In this document: positions 44,531 to 54,729 of the stretch, in pieces
Position numbering within the stretch: position 1 is the stretch's first letter
Layout: each line of letters starts with the position of its first letter
Origin: an uncultured delta proteobacterium
GTDB lineage: Bacteria; Myxococcota_A; Polyangia; Palsa-1104
DNA length: 64,000 bases
Assembly: GCA_963785725.1 (NCBI GenBank)
Contig: CAWAWS010000005.1
Location: 320,165-384,164 of the forward strand
Direction of reading: 5' to 3'
Notes under the pieces: generated by a model
Database searches by the model: none
Told to the model about the DNA's origin: nothing
What the model saw: only the letters and a program-made list of their open reading frames with translations
Position numbers and translations under genes: made by a program

Positions 44531-47500
44531 TCAGCCGATGGCGGTGCCGAGCTGGCGGCGCAATTCGGCCAGCTCGTCGGAGACCGTGAAGCGCAGGAGC
44601 GCGCGCAGCTGCGCCTCGTCGGCGAGCCGCTTGACCGCCGTCAACGACGGGCCGGGAATGCCGCACGTCAACAGGCCGGCGCGATTGGCGGTGTGCACCA
44701 GCGACGGGCCGATGAGCTTGAGAATCGAGCGACTCCGACGCGCACTCGAGCGCGAACGGCAACAGCTCGGCGTGCATCTTCTTGGGGATGATGCGCGCCA
44801 TGCGGCCCGCTTCGGCGACAATCTGCGGCTCCTCGAAGCCTTGCGGCACGAAGTCGGGCACGAACTGCCGCACGATGCCACCGACGAGCAGGCCGAGATC
44901 TTCCGGCGTCAACCGCATCGGCAGCGCCATGTGGCTCTGAATCATCTTGAAGCAGCGACCGAGAATGAAGCGCAGCTCCATTTCGTGCGCGCCTTCGACC
45001 ACTTTCGTTCCGATGACCACCGAGAGCGGATCGGTCAGCTCGACCACGAGCGCCGTCGGATGCGCCGCCGTCACGTAGAGATCGAAGTCGCGCACGCCCA
45101 AGTCGCCGGCGATCTTGTTGGCGGCGTCGCGCAAGGCGTGGCCCGAGCGCGGCAGCTTCTCGTGCTTGCCGACGCCGAGCCTTTTGACGTCGGCGCGGAA
45201 CATCTTGGCCAGCGGCTCGTCGAGCAGGCGCAGGAGGTTGCGGAAGCCGGCGGGCACGCGCGCGTCGAAGAGCGTCTCGTCGAGCGTCGGATCGGCGAGC
45301 GCCGAGCCCGGATAATTGTCGCGCCCGGTGAGCTTGGCGAGCAGGACGCGCTCGTCGGCTTCGACGGCGTCGAGCCAATCGAGCACGCCGGCCGTGACCG
45401 CGGCGCGATCGGGCGCGCGCCGCCAATTGAAGACCTTGAAGAGCGCGTGATAGGCGACCGGATCGAGCGGGTTGGCGTCGAGGAGGAGGCGCACGCGCGC
45501 CGCCGTCCGATCGAGGTGGACGCGCATCGACTGCACGTCCGACTGCCGATCGAAGAACTTGGCCAGCTCGCCCACCGACGGCAAGTACAGCGGATCGAGC
45601 TCGAGCGCGCGGCGCAAGGCTTCGAGCGCGTGACGCGCGTCCTTGAAGCCCTCTTCGTAGATCTTGGCCACGCGATGCAGATGCGCGATGCGCTTGGCCT
45701 TGTCCGGCTCGAGCTCGGCCAGACGCAGCGTCGCTTGCAGCGCGCCTTTCCACTCCCACTCTTTGAGCTGCAGGTCCGACAGATGCTCGAGCGCGACGAT
45801 GTCGTCGGGCGTCACCTGCAGCACGCGCGTGAACGAGGCCACGGCGCGCTTGGGATCGGGCAGATGCTGCGAGTAGATGATGCCGAGCTTGAAGAAGATG
45901 TCCTTCAAGACCAGGCGCGACTTCTCGGCGCGCGCGCGGCGAATGAGCGTCTCGGCGGCGTCGGCCCACTGCTGACCTTCGAACTGCAGATCGGCCAGCG
46001 CCTGCAGCGCCTCCGGATGCCCCGGATCTTGCGCCAACACCAGCTTGAGCTCGGCGCGCGCGCGATCGGGATCCTTGAGCTGATCGCGGGCGATGCGCGC
46101 CAGGAGCAGGTGCAGCGACAAGAGGCGGCCGCCATCGGTCTCGACGGCCAGACGCTGCTGATAATGCTCGGCGAGCGCGGTGAAGTCCTGCGCCTCGCGT
46201 AAGAGCTGCTCGAGCCGCGTGAACGACTCCTTGCCGCGCGGATCGGCCACCAGCGACTGACGCAATAGCGCCTGCGCGCGCGGGCTGTCGGCGAGCTTGT
46301 CCTGCGCCAGCGCGCCGGCGACGAGGTACAGCCGCGCCTGCTCGGCCGGCTCACGCAGCGCCGCGGCGGCGCGTTCGGCGGCATGCGCCGCCGTCGCCCA
46401 TTCACCCTTGGCGAGCGCGAAATCGCCGAGGCCGAGCAGCGCCGGCAGATGTCCCGGCACTTGCTGCACGGCCGCTTCGTAACGCAGCCGCGCCTCGTCC
46501 GCGCGATCGAGCTCGACGAGCGCCTCGGCGGCGCGCGTGAGCATGACCGCGGCCGTGCGCGGATCGTCGCCGGCCGCTTCCGCCAGCGCCGCCGCCGTCT
46601 CCGCCATCGGCAAGAGGTCACGCGCGGCGCGAGCGCGCGCGTAAACATGACGCAAGGCCGTGCGCGAACGCGGATCCTTGAACAGCGCCAGCCGATAGTC
46701 GTTGGCGACCGCCGCCGCGCGCTCGTCTTCGCTCACTTCGCCGACGCGCCGACGCAGCCGCGCGCGATCGAGATGCACCGCGACCGCGAACGCCGAATCG
46801 ACCGCCGTCAGCCCCATTTGCTCGTAGAGCGCGACCAACTCCGGCCAGCGCTGCTCGAGGAGATAGTGCTTCTCCAAGATGCGCATCGCCGTGTGATTGG
46901 CGTGATCGACCTCCAAGATCGATTCCCAGCCGAGCAGCGCGCTCTGCCGATCGCCGCGCAGCTCACCGTCGATATAGGCGAGCCGCTCGTAGGCCGCGAC
47001 TTTGGCCTGCGGATCGGCCGCCTCTTTGAGGTCGCCGAGCGCCAAATCCGCCAGCGCCGAGTGATTGCGCGCGGCTTCGTAGGCGCGTTCGAGCGCTTGG
47101 CGCGCGACCGGATGGTGCGGCCGCTCGGCCAGCGCCAGCCGATAGCGTTCGGCCGCTTTTTCCGGCGATCCTTGCGCGCGCTCGAGCTGCTCGCCGGTCA
47201 ACATCTCGACGGCAAAGCGCTGCTCGGCGGCGGTCGCGTCCTGCCGCTCGCGATCGAGCGCCGCCAGATGCGCGGCCGAGTCGTCGCTGTAGCGGGCGAC
47301 GCGATCGAGCCCTTCGCGCGCCGGCGGGTAACCGGGCGCGAGCCGCGCGGCGTCGGCGTAGGCGCGCTCGGCGGCGGCCGGATCGCCGGCGTCTTCGAGC
47401 AGCGACGCGCCGAGGCGCAGCGACAAAGCCACCGCTTCGGCGCGACCTTGCGCCGACTGCAGCCGCGCCTGCAGCAGCGACGGAATCTCGATGCCGCGCC

Positions 47501-50500
47501 GATCGTCGGCCAGGCGCGCCACGATTTCGGCGGCGGCGGCGCCGTCGAGCGGCTCGGCCACGAGCGCGCGACGCAAGAGTTCGAGCGTGTCGTCGTCGGA
47601 GAGCGTGGCGATGCCGAGCTCGTAGGCGAGCGCGGCGGCGCGCGAGCGATCGCCGCTCAGCTCGGCCGCGTCGGCTTCGGCGCGCAGGCTGTCGCGCAGG
47701 GCGTCGCCCTGCCCTTCGGCTTGCCGCAAGATGCGCTGCTCGAGCCAACGCGCGGTCCGTAGACCATCGGCGCCGAGCAGCGGACGAACGACCGTCAACG
47801 CCTCGACGTGGCGACCGGCGCGCATGAGGAGGCGCGTCGCCCGCATGCGATAGGCGAGCGCCAAGCCCGGCTCGTCGACGGCTTCGGCGGCGCGCGTCAA
47901 CACCAGCGCCGCGTCGTCGGGCCGCGACGCCGCCAATTGCAGCTCGACGGCCAGATCGATCGCCGGCGCGAAGGTCGGCGCCGTCGTCAAGGCAGCCGCC
48001 AGACGCGCCAACGCCTCGTCGCTGCGGCCGAGCTCGCGCAAGAGGCGCGCGGCGTAGGTCAGTTCCATCGGCGCGCGCGCCGGGCTGCGTTCGGCGGCGG
48101 CCAAGTGCCGCTCGAGCGCCGACTCCTTGTCACCGCCGGCCGCTTGCGTGCGTTCGAGCGCGCGGGCGGCGCGTGGATCGTCGGGATAATCGGTGGCCGC
48201 ACGCAAATAGGCGGCCGCGGCTTGCGCCGTATTGCCCTGCGCTTCGTGGAGCTCGCCGAGCGCGACCAGGCGGTCGGCGCGCTTGCCGGCGTCGGGCTCG
48301 CCCTCGGCCGCGCGCGCCAACGCCGCCGCCGCTTCGTCGAGCCGATTGTCGGCGCGCTCGAGCTGCGACAGAATCGAGCAGCGCCAAGCGATCGCCGTCG
48401 GCGGCCGCGGCTTGCAACGGCGGCCGCGCGCCCGCGAAGTCGTTCTGCCGCGCGCGCAACACGCCCAAACGGCGCGACAAGGCCTGCTTGAGCGGCCCCG
48501 GCGGCAAGAGGTCATTCAAGCGCGCGTGCGTGTCCAGATCGTCGGCCACGCCCGGCGTGCGCACGGCGACGCGCAAGAGTCCCCACGCCGCCGCCGCCGC
48601 CGTCGGATCGACATGGAGCGCCTCGCCGAAGCGGGCCACGGCGTCGGACACGCGCTCGGCCGATTCGTCGAGCCGACCGCGCTCGACGAGCAGCGCCGCG
48701 CGCGTCGCCGGGTCGACGGTGTTGCCGAGCGCCGCCGACAGCTGACCGAGCGCAGCGGCCAAGTCATCGTCGCTGCTCGAGGCCGCCAGATCGACGAGGC
48801 CGGTCAGCGCGCTCAGGTCGCCCGGCTGCTCTTCGAGGATGGCGGCGTAAGCGGCGCGCGCCACCGGCTCTTCGCCGCCGCTCAGCGCCACTTCCGCTTT
48901 GATGCCGATGAGGCCGCGCTTTTCGCCCGGCGCCGCGCGCGCGATCTCGCGATCGAGCAGCGTCAACAAGGGCTCGCGCGGACCGGGCTCGCCCATGCGC
49001 AGCCGACGCAGACCGCGCAGCGCGTGGGCGTGCTCGGGATCGACGTCGAGCGCCGCATGATAACGCTCGCGCGCGGCCGCGAATTCGCCGAGCCGCTCGG
49101 CCGTGCGACCGGCGGCGAACGCCAAGCGGGCCACGCGCGCCGGCTCGTCGACGGGCACGAGCAGCCGCTCGGTGTCGTAGAGCGCCAGCTGGTCGCGCAG
49201 ATAATGGGGATCGAGCGGCTGCGCCGGCGCCAGATCAGGCACGACCAGCGTCGGCAACGGCAGCGCCGCCGCGACCAGCCGCGTGGGCACGACCGGCCGC
49301 GAATCGCCCGTCGCCAACGGCTGCGTCGGCGCCGCGGCTTCCACCGGCACCGACGACTCGACGTCGCTGTCGGCCACCGGCAGCGGCGTGCGATCGGGAT
49401 CGGACGAGCGCGCCGTGGCATTGAGCGGCAGCGACGGCTCGACCGACAGATCGAACAGCTCTTCGTCGTCGCCGGCGGGCGCGGTCGTCGTCGTGGCCGC
49501 GGCCGCGGCGCTGGCTTGCGCCGCCGCGTCACCGGCCGGCACGACCACGATGTCGTCGTAGAAGTCCTCGTCGGGCACGTCGACGCCCGGCGAAACCTCC
49601 ATCTCCACTTCCAGGTCGTCGATCGCCTGCTGCTGCAGCTGTTGATGCGGCTGCGGCGCCGGCGCGGGCTTACGCGGCGGCTGCGGCGGCGCCGGAATCG
49701 GCGAGCGCTCCGACGGCTTGGGCGCGACCGGAGTCGCCATCCGCTCCGACGGCTTCGGCGTCGCCATCCGCTCCGACGGAATCGCCATCCGCTCCGACGG
49801 CTTGGCGAAGCGCCCCGACGGCAGCTTCGAGCCCGGCTCGGGCAACATCGGCGACGGCCGCGGCGCCGACGAAGGCGGCTCGGGCAGCATCGCCTCCAAG
49901 TCGGCGTCGCTGGCGAGGAGGTCGTGCAGCTCGGCGCCGCCCGCGACGCGGGTCGACTCCTGGTTGAACCCGCCCGCGGGCGCGTCCGGGTACGACGGCT
50001 CGATCGTGACGACGTGCTCGGCGATCGGCAGCTGTGCCTGCACCGGTGGCGGCGACGGCGGCGCGGCGCGCTCGTCACCTTCGCCCACCATCGCCGTGTC
50101 GGCGAGCAGCTTGTCGAACTCGTCGGCGGAGGCGACGCGCGTCGAGCCGCCACCGAACGCGTCCTCTTCTTCGGAATAGAGGCCGGGCCCGTCGTCGTCG
50201 GGCACCTCCATCGCCGCCTTCAAGACCTCGGCGGACGCGATGCGCGTCTTGCCCTCTTCGGCGCCGAGCAGCGAGCCGAGCGCATGGCCGGCCTCTTCGG
50301 GCAGCTCCATGTCGCCTTCGAAGAGGTGCATCAGCGGATCGTCGTTCACCGGCGGCAGCGGCTCGGCGTAGAGCGGCGGCGCTTCCAGCGGCAGCGGCTG
50401 CGAAGGCTCGAACGTGCGCGGCTCCGTCGGCGGCACCGGCGTGCGCGGCGCCGGCGGCGGCGTCAGCTCCGCCTCTTCGAACGCCAGCTCGTCGGCCGCG

Positions 50501-50730
50501 TCGGCCTCGAGCGCGATCTCGCCGATGGCCGCCGGCTCGAGCGCGGCTTCGGCGATGGCGGCCGGCTCGAGCGCGGCCTCTTCGGGCGTGTCGGCCAGCT
50601 CTTCGGCGTCGAACTTCGGGACCTTTCCCGTCGGCGAAGGCAGCGACAGGTTGGCGTCCCACTCGTCGATGGCCGACGCCCAATCGTCGAGCTCGCCGCC
50701 GGCTTTGCCTTTTTTGGGATCTTCGGCCAT
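44531..50730 (-). CDS. giant TPR-repeat protein (~2060 aa; frameshifts near 48375 and 44720)
   Basis: Acidic/Pro-rich N-terminus, many TPR-like helices and C-terminal LLRFTVSDELAELRRQLG. Assembled from ORFs 48130-50730, 44112-48515 and 44531-44881. Confidence 0.82.
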
Positions 50731-51045
50731 CAGCCCTTGAGCCCCATCTCGCGTCTCAGCACTCGGAAATCGTCGGACACAGCGAACAGCGTCAAGGTCT
50801 GCGCCAGCGGGTCGCGCTGCAAGTCGAGCTTGAGCTCCGCCAGCGCCGACGGCAGATCGCCGACACCGCCAGCGCCGCGCGCGCCGCGCCTTGCAACACC
50901 GCGTCGCGCCATTCGCCCGGCGACGGCAAGGACGCCATGCGTGCGCCGATCGACTGCAGCGCCTTGCGATCCTTGCGCGCGATCGCCTTGCCGAGCACGC
51001 GGGCGCGATCCTCGACGCGCGACTCGTTCATCGGCGGCTTCTGCA
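50730..51045 (-). CDS. C-terminal fragment of a paralogous TPR protein, truncated at the segment junction
   Basis: Ends LFAVSDDFRVLRREMG, resembling the C-terminus of the downstream giant TPR protein. Frameshift near 50865. Confidence 0.65.
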
Positions 51046-51800
51046 GCAAGGGCGGCAGGGTTGCCTCGCTGGTTTCGAGCTGCGTCTGCAAAATCAGCAC
51101 GCCGGCATAAGCCAGAGCGCCCGATTTCGCCTGCACTGTGGCCAGGCGCACCTGATCCCTCTCGAAATCGATGATCTCCCGGGTAGCGGCGATCTCCGCA
51201 TCATAGGCGGTGGCGGCGATCAGCGTGTTGGCGATGTTGGACGCCAGGGTGAGCGAGGCCGCCCGCGCCACATTCCTCTGATAGTCGGCATTGGCGGCCA
51301 GTGCCTCGACGGCGCGCCGCTCGCCGCCGAAAATATCGAAGGCGTAATCGACCGAAGCGGACAAGGTGAACAGATTGAACACGCCTTCCGGCACTATGCC
51401 GGGCGTCGCTTGCGCCGAGGAATGTTCGCGCGCCGCGCTGGCGCCGGCGTCGAGTTGGGGAAAGAAGATGCCCTGCCCGGCGGCGAGATCGTGTCTGGCC
51501 GCCCGGAGATTGGCTTCGGCCGCGGCGATGGTTGGGCTGGCGGACAACCCCTGATGGACCGCGTCATCCAGCGCCGGACAGTCGAACAGGCGCCACCAAT
51601 CGGCCGGCAGGCGGGTTTCCAAGGCGAAATGCTGCGAAACGCCGTCGGCGTCGACCGTCGTTGCGGGATCGGCGCCGCCTTCATAACGAGCGACCGCCGG
51701 CGCATCGGGGGCGACGAAATCGGGCCCGACGGCGCAACTGCTTAAACCCGCGATCAGGATCAGGGCGGCGACGGGGCGTCCGGCGGAACGTCGGGTCGAT
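51045..51800 (-). CDS. efflux outer-membrane lipoprotein (NodT/OprM family), N-terminal part only
   Basis: LSSCAVGPDF, DWWRLF, SPTIAAAEA and DIFGGERR. Preceded by an HlyD-like C-terminus PGQLVDVYIGTQ* (51801-51839). Confidence 0.85.
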
Positions 51801-51840
51801 TTATTGGGTGCCGATATACACATCGACCAGCTGTCCGGGG

Positions 51841-51925
51841 TCAGGTTCAGGTTAATTTGGCCGGCGGTGACAACCCTTTAAGTCCCGAGGATGTTCAATT
51901 CATCCGGGAAACCTTTAAAGCTTAA
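51841..51925 (+). CDS. C-terminal fragment, possibly aldo/keto reductase
   Basis: QVQVNLAGGDNPLSPEDVQFIRETFKA* at the start of segment C. Confidence 0.4.
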
Positions 51926-51932
51926 ACTCATT

Positions 51933-52216
51933 TTCACCACCAAGACACCAAGTAAGGCTAAGAGTTTCTAATAAAACCAAAGATTTTCACCACCAAGGCA
52001 CAAAGAAAATTTTTTAGTTTTTCATGCCAAAAGCCTCGTTTTGCCTTCCTTGGTGTCTTGGCGTCTTGTGCCGATTTTCGTTAATGAAATGAAATTTATG
52101 GAAATCGGTACTATGTCGACCTCTCTAGAATTCATTTTGGAAGGTCAATATGGTGGTGAAAGGGTTTTTGTGTTTTCGGGAATTTAATTTTCTTGGTGCC
52201 TTGGTGTCTTGGTGGT
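51933..52216. repeat. nested REP-like inverted repeats (L1, L2, R2, R1) with an inserted double-hairpin element
   Basis: CACCACCAAG(A/G)CAC at 51933 and 51986; CTTGGTG arrays at 52049-52160 and 52192-52216; insert at 52068-52151. Confidence 0.85.
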
Positions 52217-52252
52217 TAAATTCCTTGTACAAATTTTGATACCGGAGAACTT

Positions 52253-53770
52253 ATGACACCCGAACAATCTTACGAAGAACTTTTGCGCCGCATGAAGGAA
52301 CTGGCCCTTTTGGGCAATACCGCCGGGATTTTAGGCTGGGACCAGGAAGTTTACATGCCCGGGGCCAACGCCCCCTACCGGGCCGAACAGCTTTCGCTCT
52401 TGGCCGGGATGTGCCACCAGAAATTCACCGATCCCGCCGTGGGCGATTTGATTACTCAGGCGGAAGCCTCCAAAAGCCTGACGGGCGACCCCCTCAGCGA
52501 CAGCGCCGTCAACCTCAGGGAATGGCGCCGGTCCTATGACCGTTCCAAAAAACTGCCCCAGGCCTTGGTGGAGGAAATGGCCCGGGTCTCGTCCAACGCC
52601 CAGGTGGAGTGGGTGGAAGCCCGCAAGGAAAGCAACTTCGCCCGGTTTCAGCCTTGGCTCGAGAAAATCATCGGACTCACCCAGGAACAAACCAAATGCT
52701 ACGGCTATACCGACCATCCCTACGACGCCTTGCTGGAAGATTACGAACCGGGCCTGACCACCGCCCAACTCAACTTGTTGTTCCCGCCTCTCAAGAAAAA
52801 ACTGGCGGAGATGGTGGCCAAAATTGGCGCGGCCAAAAAAAAACCCGACCTTTCTATTTTAAAACGGGCCTGCCCAGTCCCAGCCCAGCAAGCTTTCTGC
52901 CGGCATTTGGCCGAAACCATCGGTTTTGACTTCGACCGGGGCCGCATCGACATCAGCGCCCATCCCTTCACCACCGGTTTGGGCCCGGGCGACACCCGCA
53001 TCACCACCCGCTTCGAGGAAACCAATTTCGAGAATTCCTTCTTCAGCACCCTGCATGAAGGCGGCCACGGCATTTACGACCAAGGCCTGCCGGGAAACGG
53101 TCTCTATGGAACCCCCCGGGCCTCAGCGGTTTCCTTGGGAATTCACGAATCCCAATCCCGGCTTTGGGAAAACCTGGTGGGCCGCAGTTTGAATTTCTGG
53201 AAGTTCGCCTTCCCCGAACTCAAGAAACAATTTCCCGGCGTGTTTGACGACTTATCCTTGGAAACTTTCCATTTCGCCATCAACCATTCGGCGCCTTCCT
53301 TCATCCGCACCGAATCGGACGAGGTCACCTACAACCTGCATGTGGCTTTGCGGTTTGATATTGAGGTGGCCCTCATTGGAGGAACCCTGAAAGCCGCCGA
53401 CGTACCCGGAGCCTGGAACGAGGCGATGCAGAAATCCCTCGGGGTCACCCCTCCGAACGATGCCAAGGGTTGTCTGCAGGATGTCCATTGGAGCCATGGC
53501 AGTTTCGGTTATTTCCCCACTTACACCCTGGGCAACCTCTATTCGGCCCAGTTTTTTGACGCCGCCAGCCGGGAAGCCGGCCCCTTTGAGGCCAAGTTTG
53601 AGAAAGGCGATTTCTCGCCCTTGAAAAAATGGCTCAATGAGAAAATCCATTCCCAGGGCCAAAAATACCGGGCGGGCGAGTTGTGCGAGAAGGTGACAGG
53701 AAAGCCGCTCACGAGCGACTATTTCTTGAATTATCTGGAAAAGAAATTCGGCGCGCTTTACGGGTTTTAA
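52253..53770 (+). CDS. carboxypeptidase, M32 (Taq) family
   Basis: LGWDQ, HPF, HEGGH, HESQS, IRTESDE, GCLQDVHW and GYFPTYTLG. Confidence 0.96.
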   Translation: MTPEQSYEELLRRMKELALLGNTAGILGWDQEVYMPGANAPYRAEQLSLLAGMCHQKFTDPAVGDLITQAEASKSLTGDPLSDSAVNLREWRRSYDRSKKLPQALVEEMARVSSNAQVEWVEARKESNFARFQPWLEKIIGLTQEQTKCYGYTDHPYDALLEDYEPGLTTAQLNLLFPPLKKKLAEMVAKIGAAKKKPDLSILKRACPVPAQQAFCRHLAETIGFDFDRGRIDISAHPFTTGLGPGDTRITTRFEETNFENSFFSTLHEGGHGIYDQGLPGNGLYGTPRASAVSLGIHESQSRLWENLVGRSLNFWKFAFPELKKQFPGVFDDLSLETFHFAINHSAPSFIRTESDEVTYNLHVALRFDIEVALIGGTLKAADVPGAWNEAMQKSLGVTPPNDAKGCLQDVHWSHGSFGYFPTYTLGNLYSAQFFDAASREAGPFEAKFEKGDFSPLKKWLNEKIHSQGQKYRAGELCEKVTGKPLTSDYFLNYLEKKFGALYGF

Positions 53771-53886
53771 TTTTTATCCGCCGGCGAGGGCGGTGAATCC
53801 GGGGCCAGATTGGCTTCCCCAAGCCGGGAAGCAAAGGGGCCTTTAAACCCTTGAAGCAAAACCTAGCGCCCCCTAAACTTGGGGCC

Positions 53887-54729
53887 ATGAAAATCGGCTT
53901 GCGTCTCTTTTTATTAGGGCTATTGCCGCTGTCGGCCCTTTGGCTCCAAGGCTGCCCTTCCAACAACCACAGCCCGGCCTCCCCGGCGCCCGTCACGATC
54001 GTGGAATTGGTCACGGCCACCTTCACGTCCACCCCCACCGTTTCGCCGACGGTTACCCCCGGCGGGGCGGCCACCTCCACCCCCGTGCCCCCTCCGGCCG
54101 CCATGAACGGCTATTTCACCACCAACGAAAACACCCCGTTGGTCCTTTCCAATTCCAATTTAAATTCCCTGCTGGTGTCCTACGACAACGCGGACCCGCT
54201 TATTTTTCTCATCGTCGGCTCCCCGGACCATGGGACGGCCTACCTCACGCACACCGGTTTCACCAACAGCATCACCTATACGCCCAACAGCGGTTTTTAC
54301 GGGACGGACAGTTTTGCCTACCAGGCGTACGACCAGGCGACGAACGAGGGTGCCTCGATCCAGAGCATCGTGATCACCGTGGCTTTTGTGCCGACGGTGA
54401 CCCCCACTCTGACGCCCACCGTCACTCCCACGCCCGTGCCCTCTCCGGCCCTTTCAAACGGCAACTTCGCCGCTTCGGAAAATACCACATTGGTGGTTTC
54501 CGCTTCGTCTGTCGCGTCCCTCGTCACGGTGGACCCCAACGGGGACCCCCTTACTTTTTCAGCGGCCGCTCTCCCGGGCGAGGGAACGCTGACTCTCAAT
54601 GCCGACGGCAGTTTCACCTATACGCCGAACTCCGGTTTTACCGGAACGGATAGCTTTACGGTCGAAATCACCGATACGGTCACCACCTTGTCTTCGCCGC
54701 CGGCAACCTTCACGGTCAACGTCTCCTAG
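53887..54729 (+). CDS. lipoprotein with two cadherin/Big-like Ig domains and PT-rich linkers
   Basis: LQGC lipobox; two TYTPNSGF.GTDSF repeats; TPTVTPT linkers. Confidence 0.85.
   Translation: MKIGLRLFLLGLLPLSALWLQGCPSNNHSPASPAPVTIVELVTATFTSTPTVSPTVTPGGAATSTPVPPPAAMNGYFTTNENTPLVLSNSNLNSLLVSYDNADPLIFLIVGSPDHGTAYLTHTGFTNSITYTPNSGFYGTDSFAYQAYDQATNEGASIQSIVITVAFVPTVTPTLTPTVTPTPVPSPALSNGNFAASENTTLVVSASSVASLVTVDPNGDPLTFSAAALPGEGTLTLNADGSFTYTPNSGFTGTDSFTVEITDTVTTLSSPPATFTVNVS

Noticed and set aside
50792..51823. Apparent NodT-TPR fusion protein
   Set aside because: The ORF reads across a segment junction and both halves are truncated, so it is most likely an artefact.
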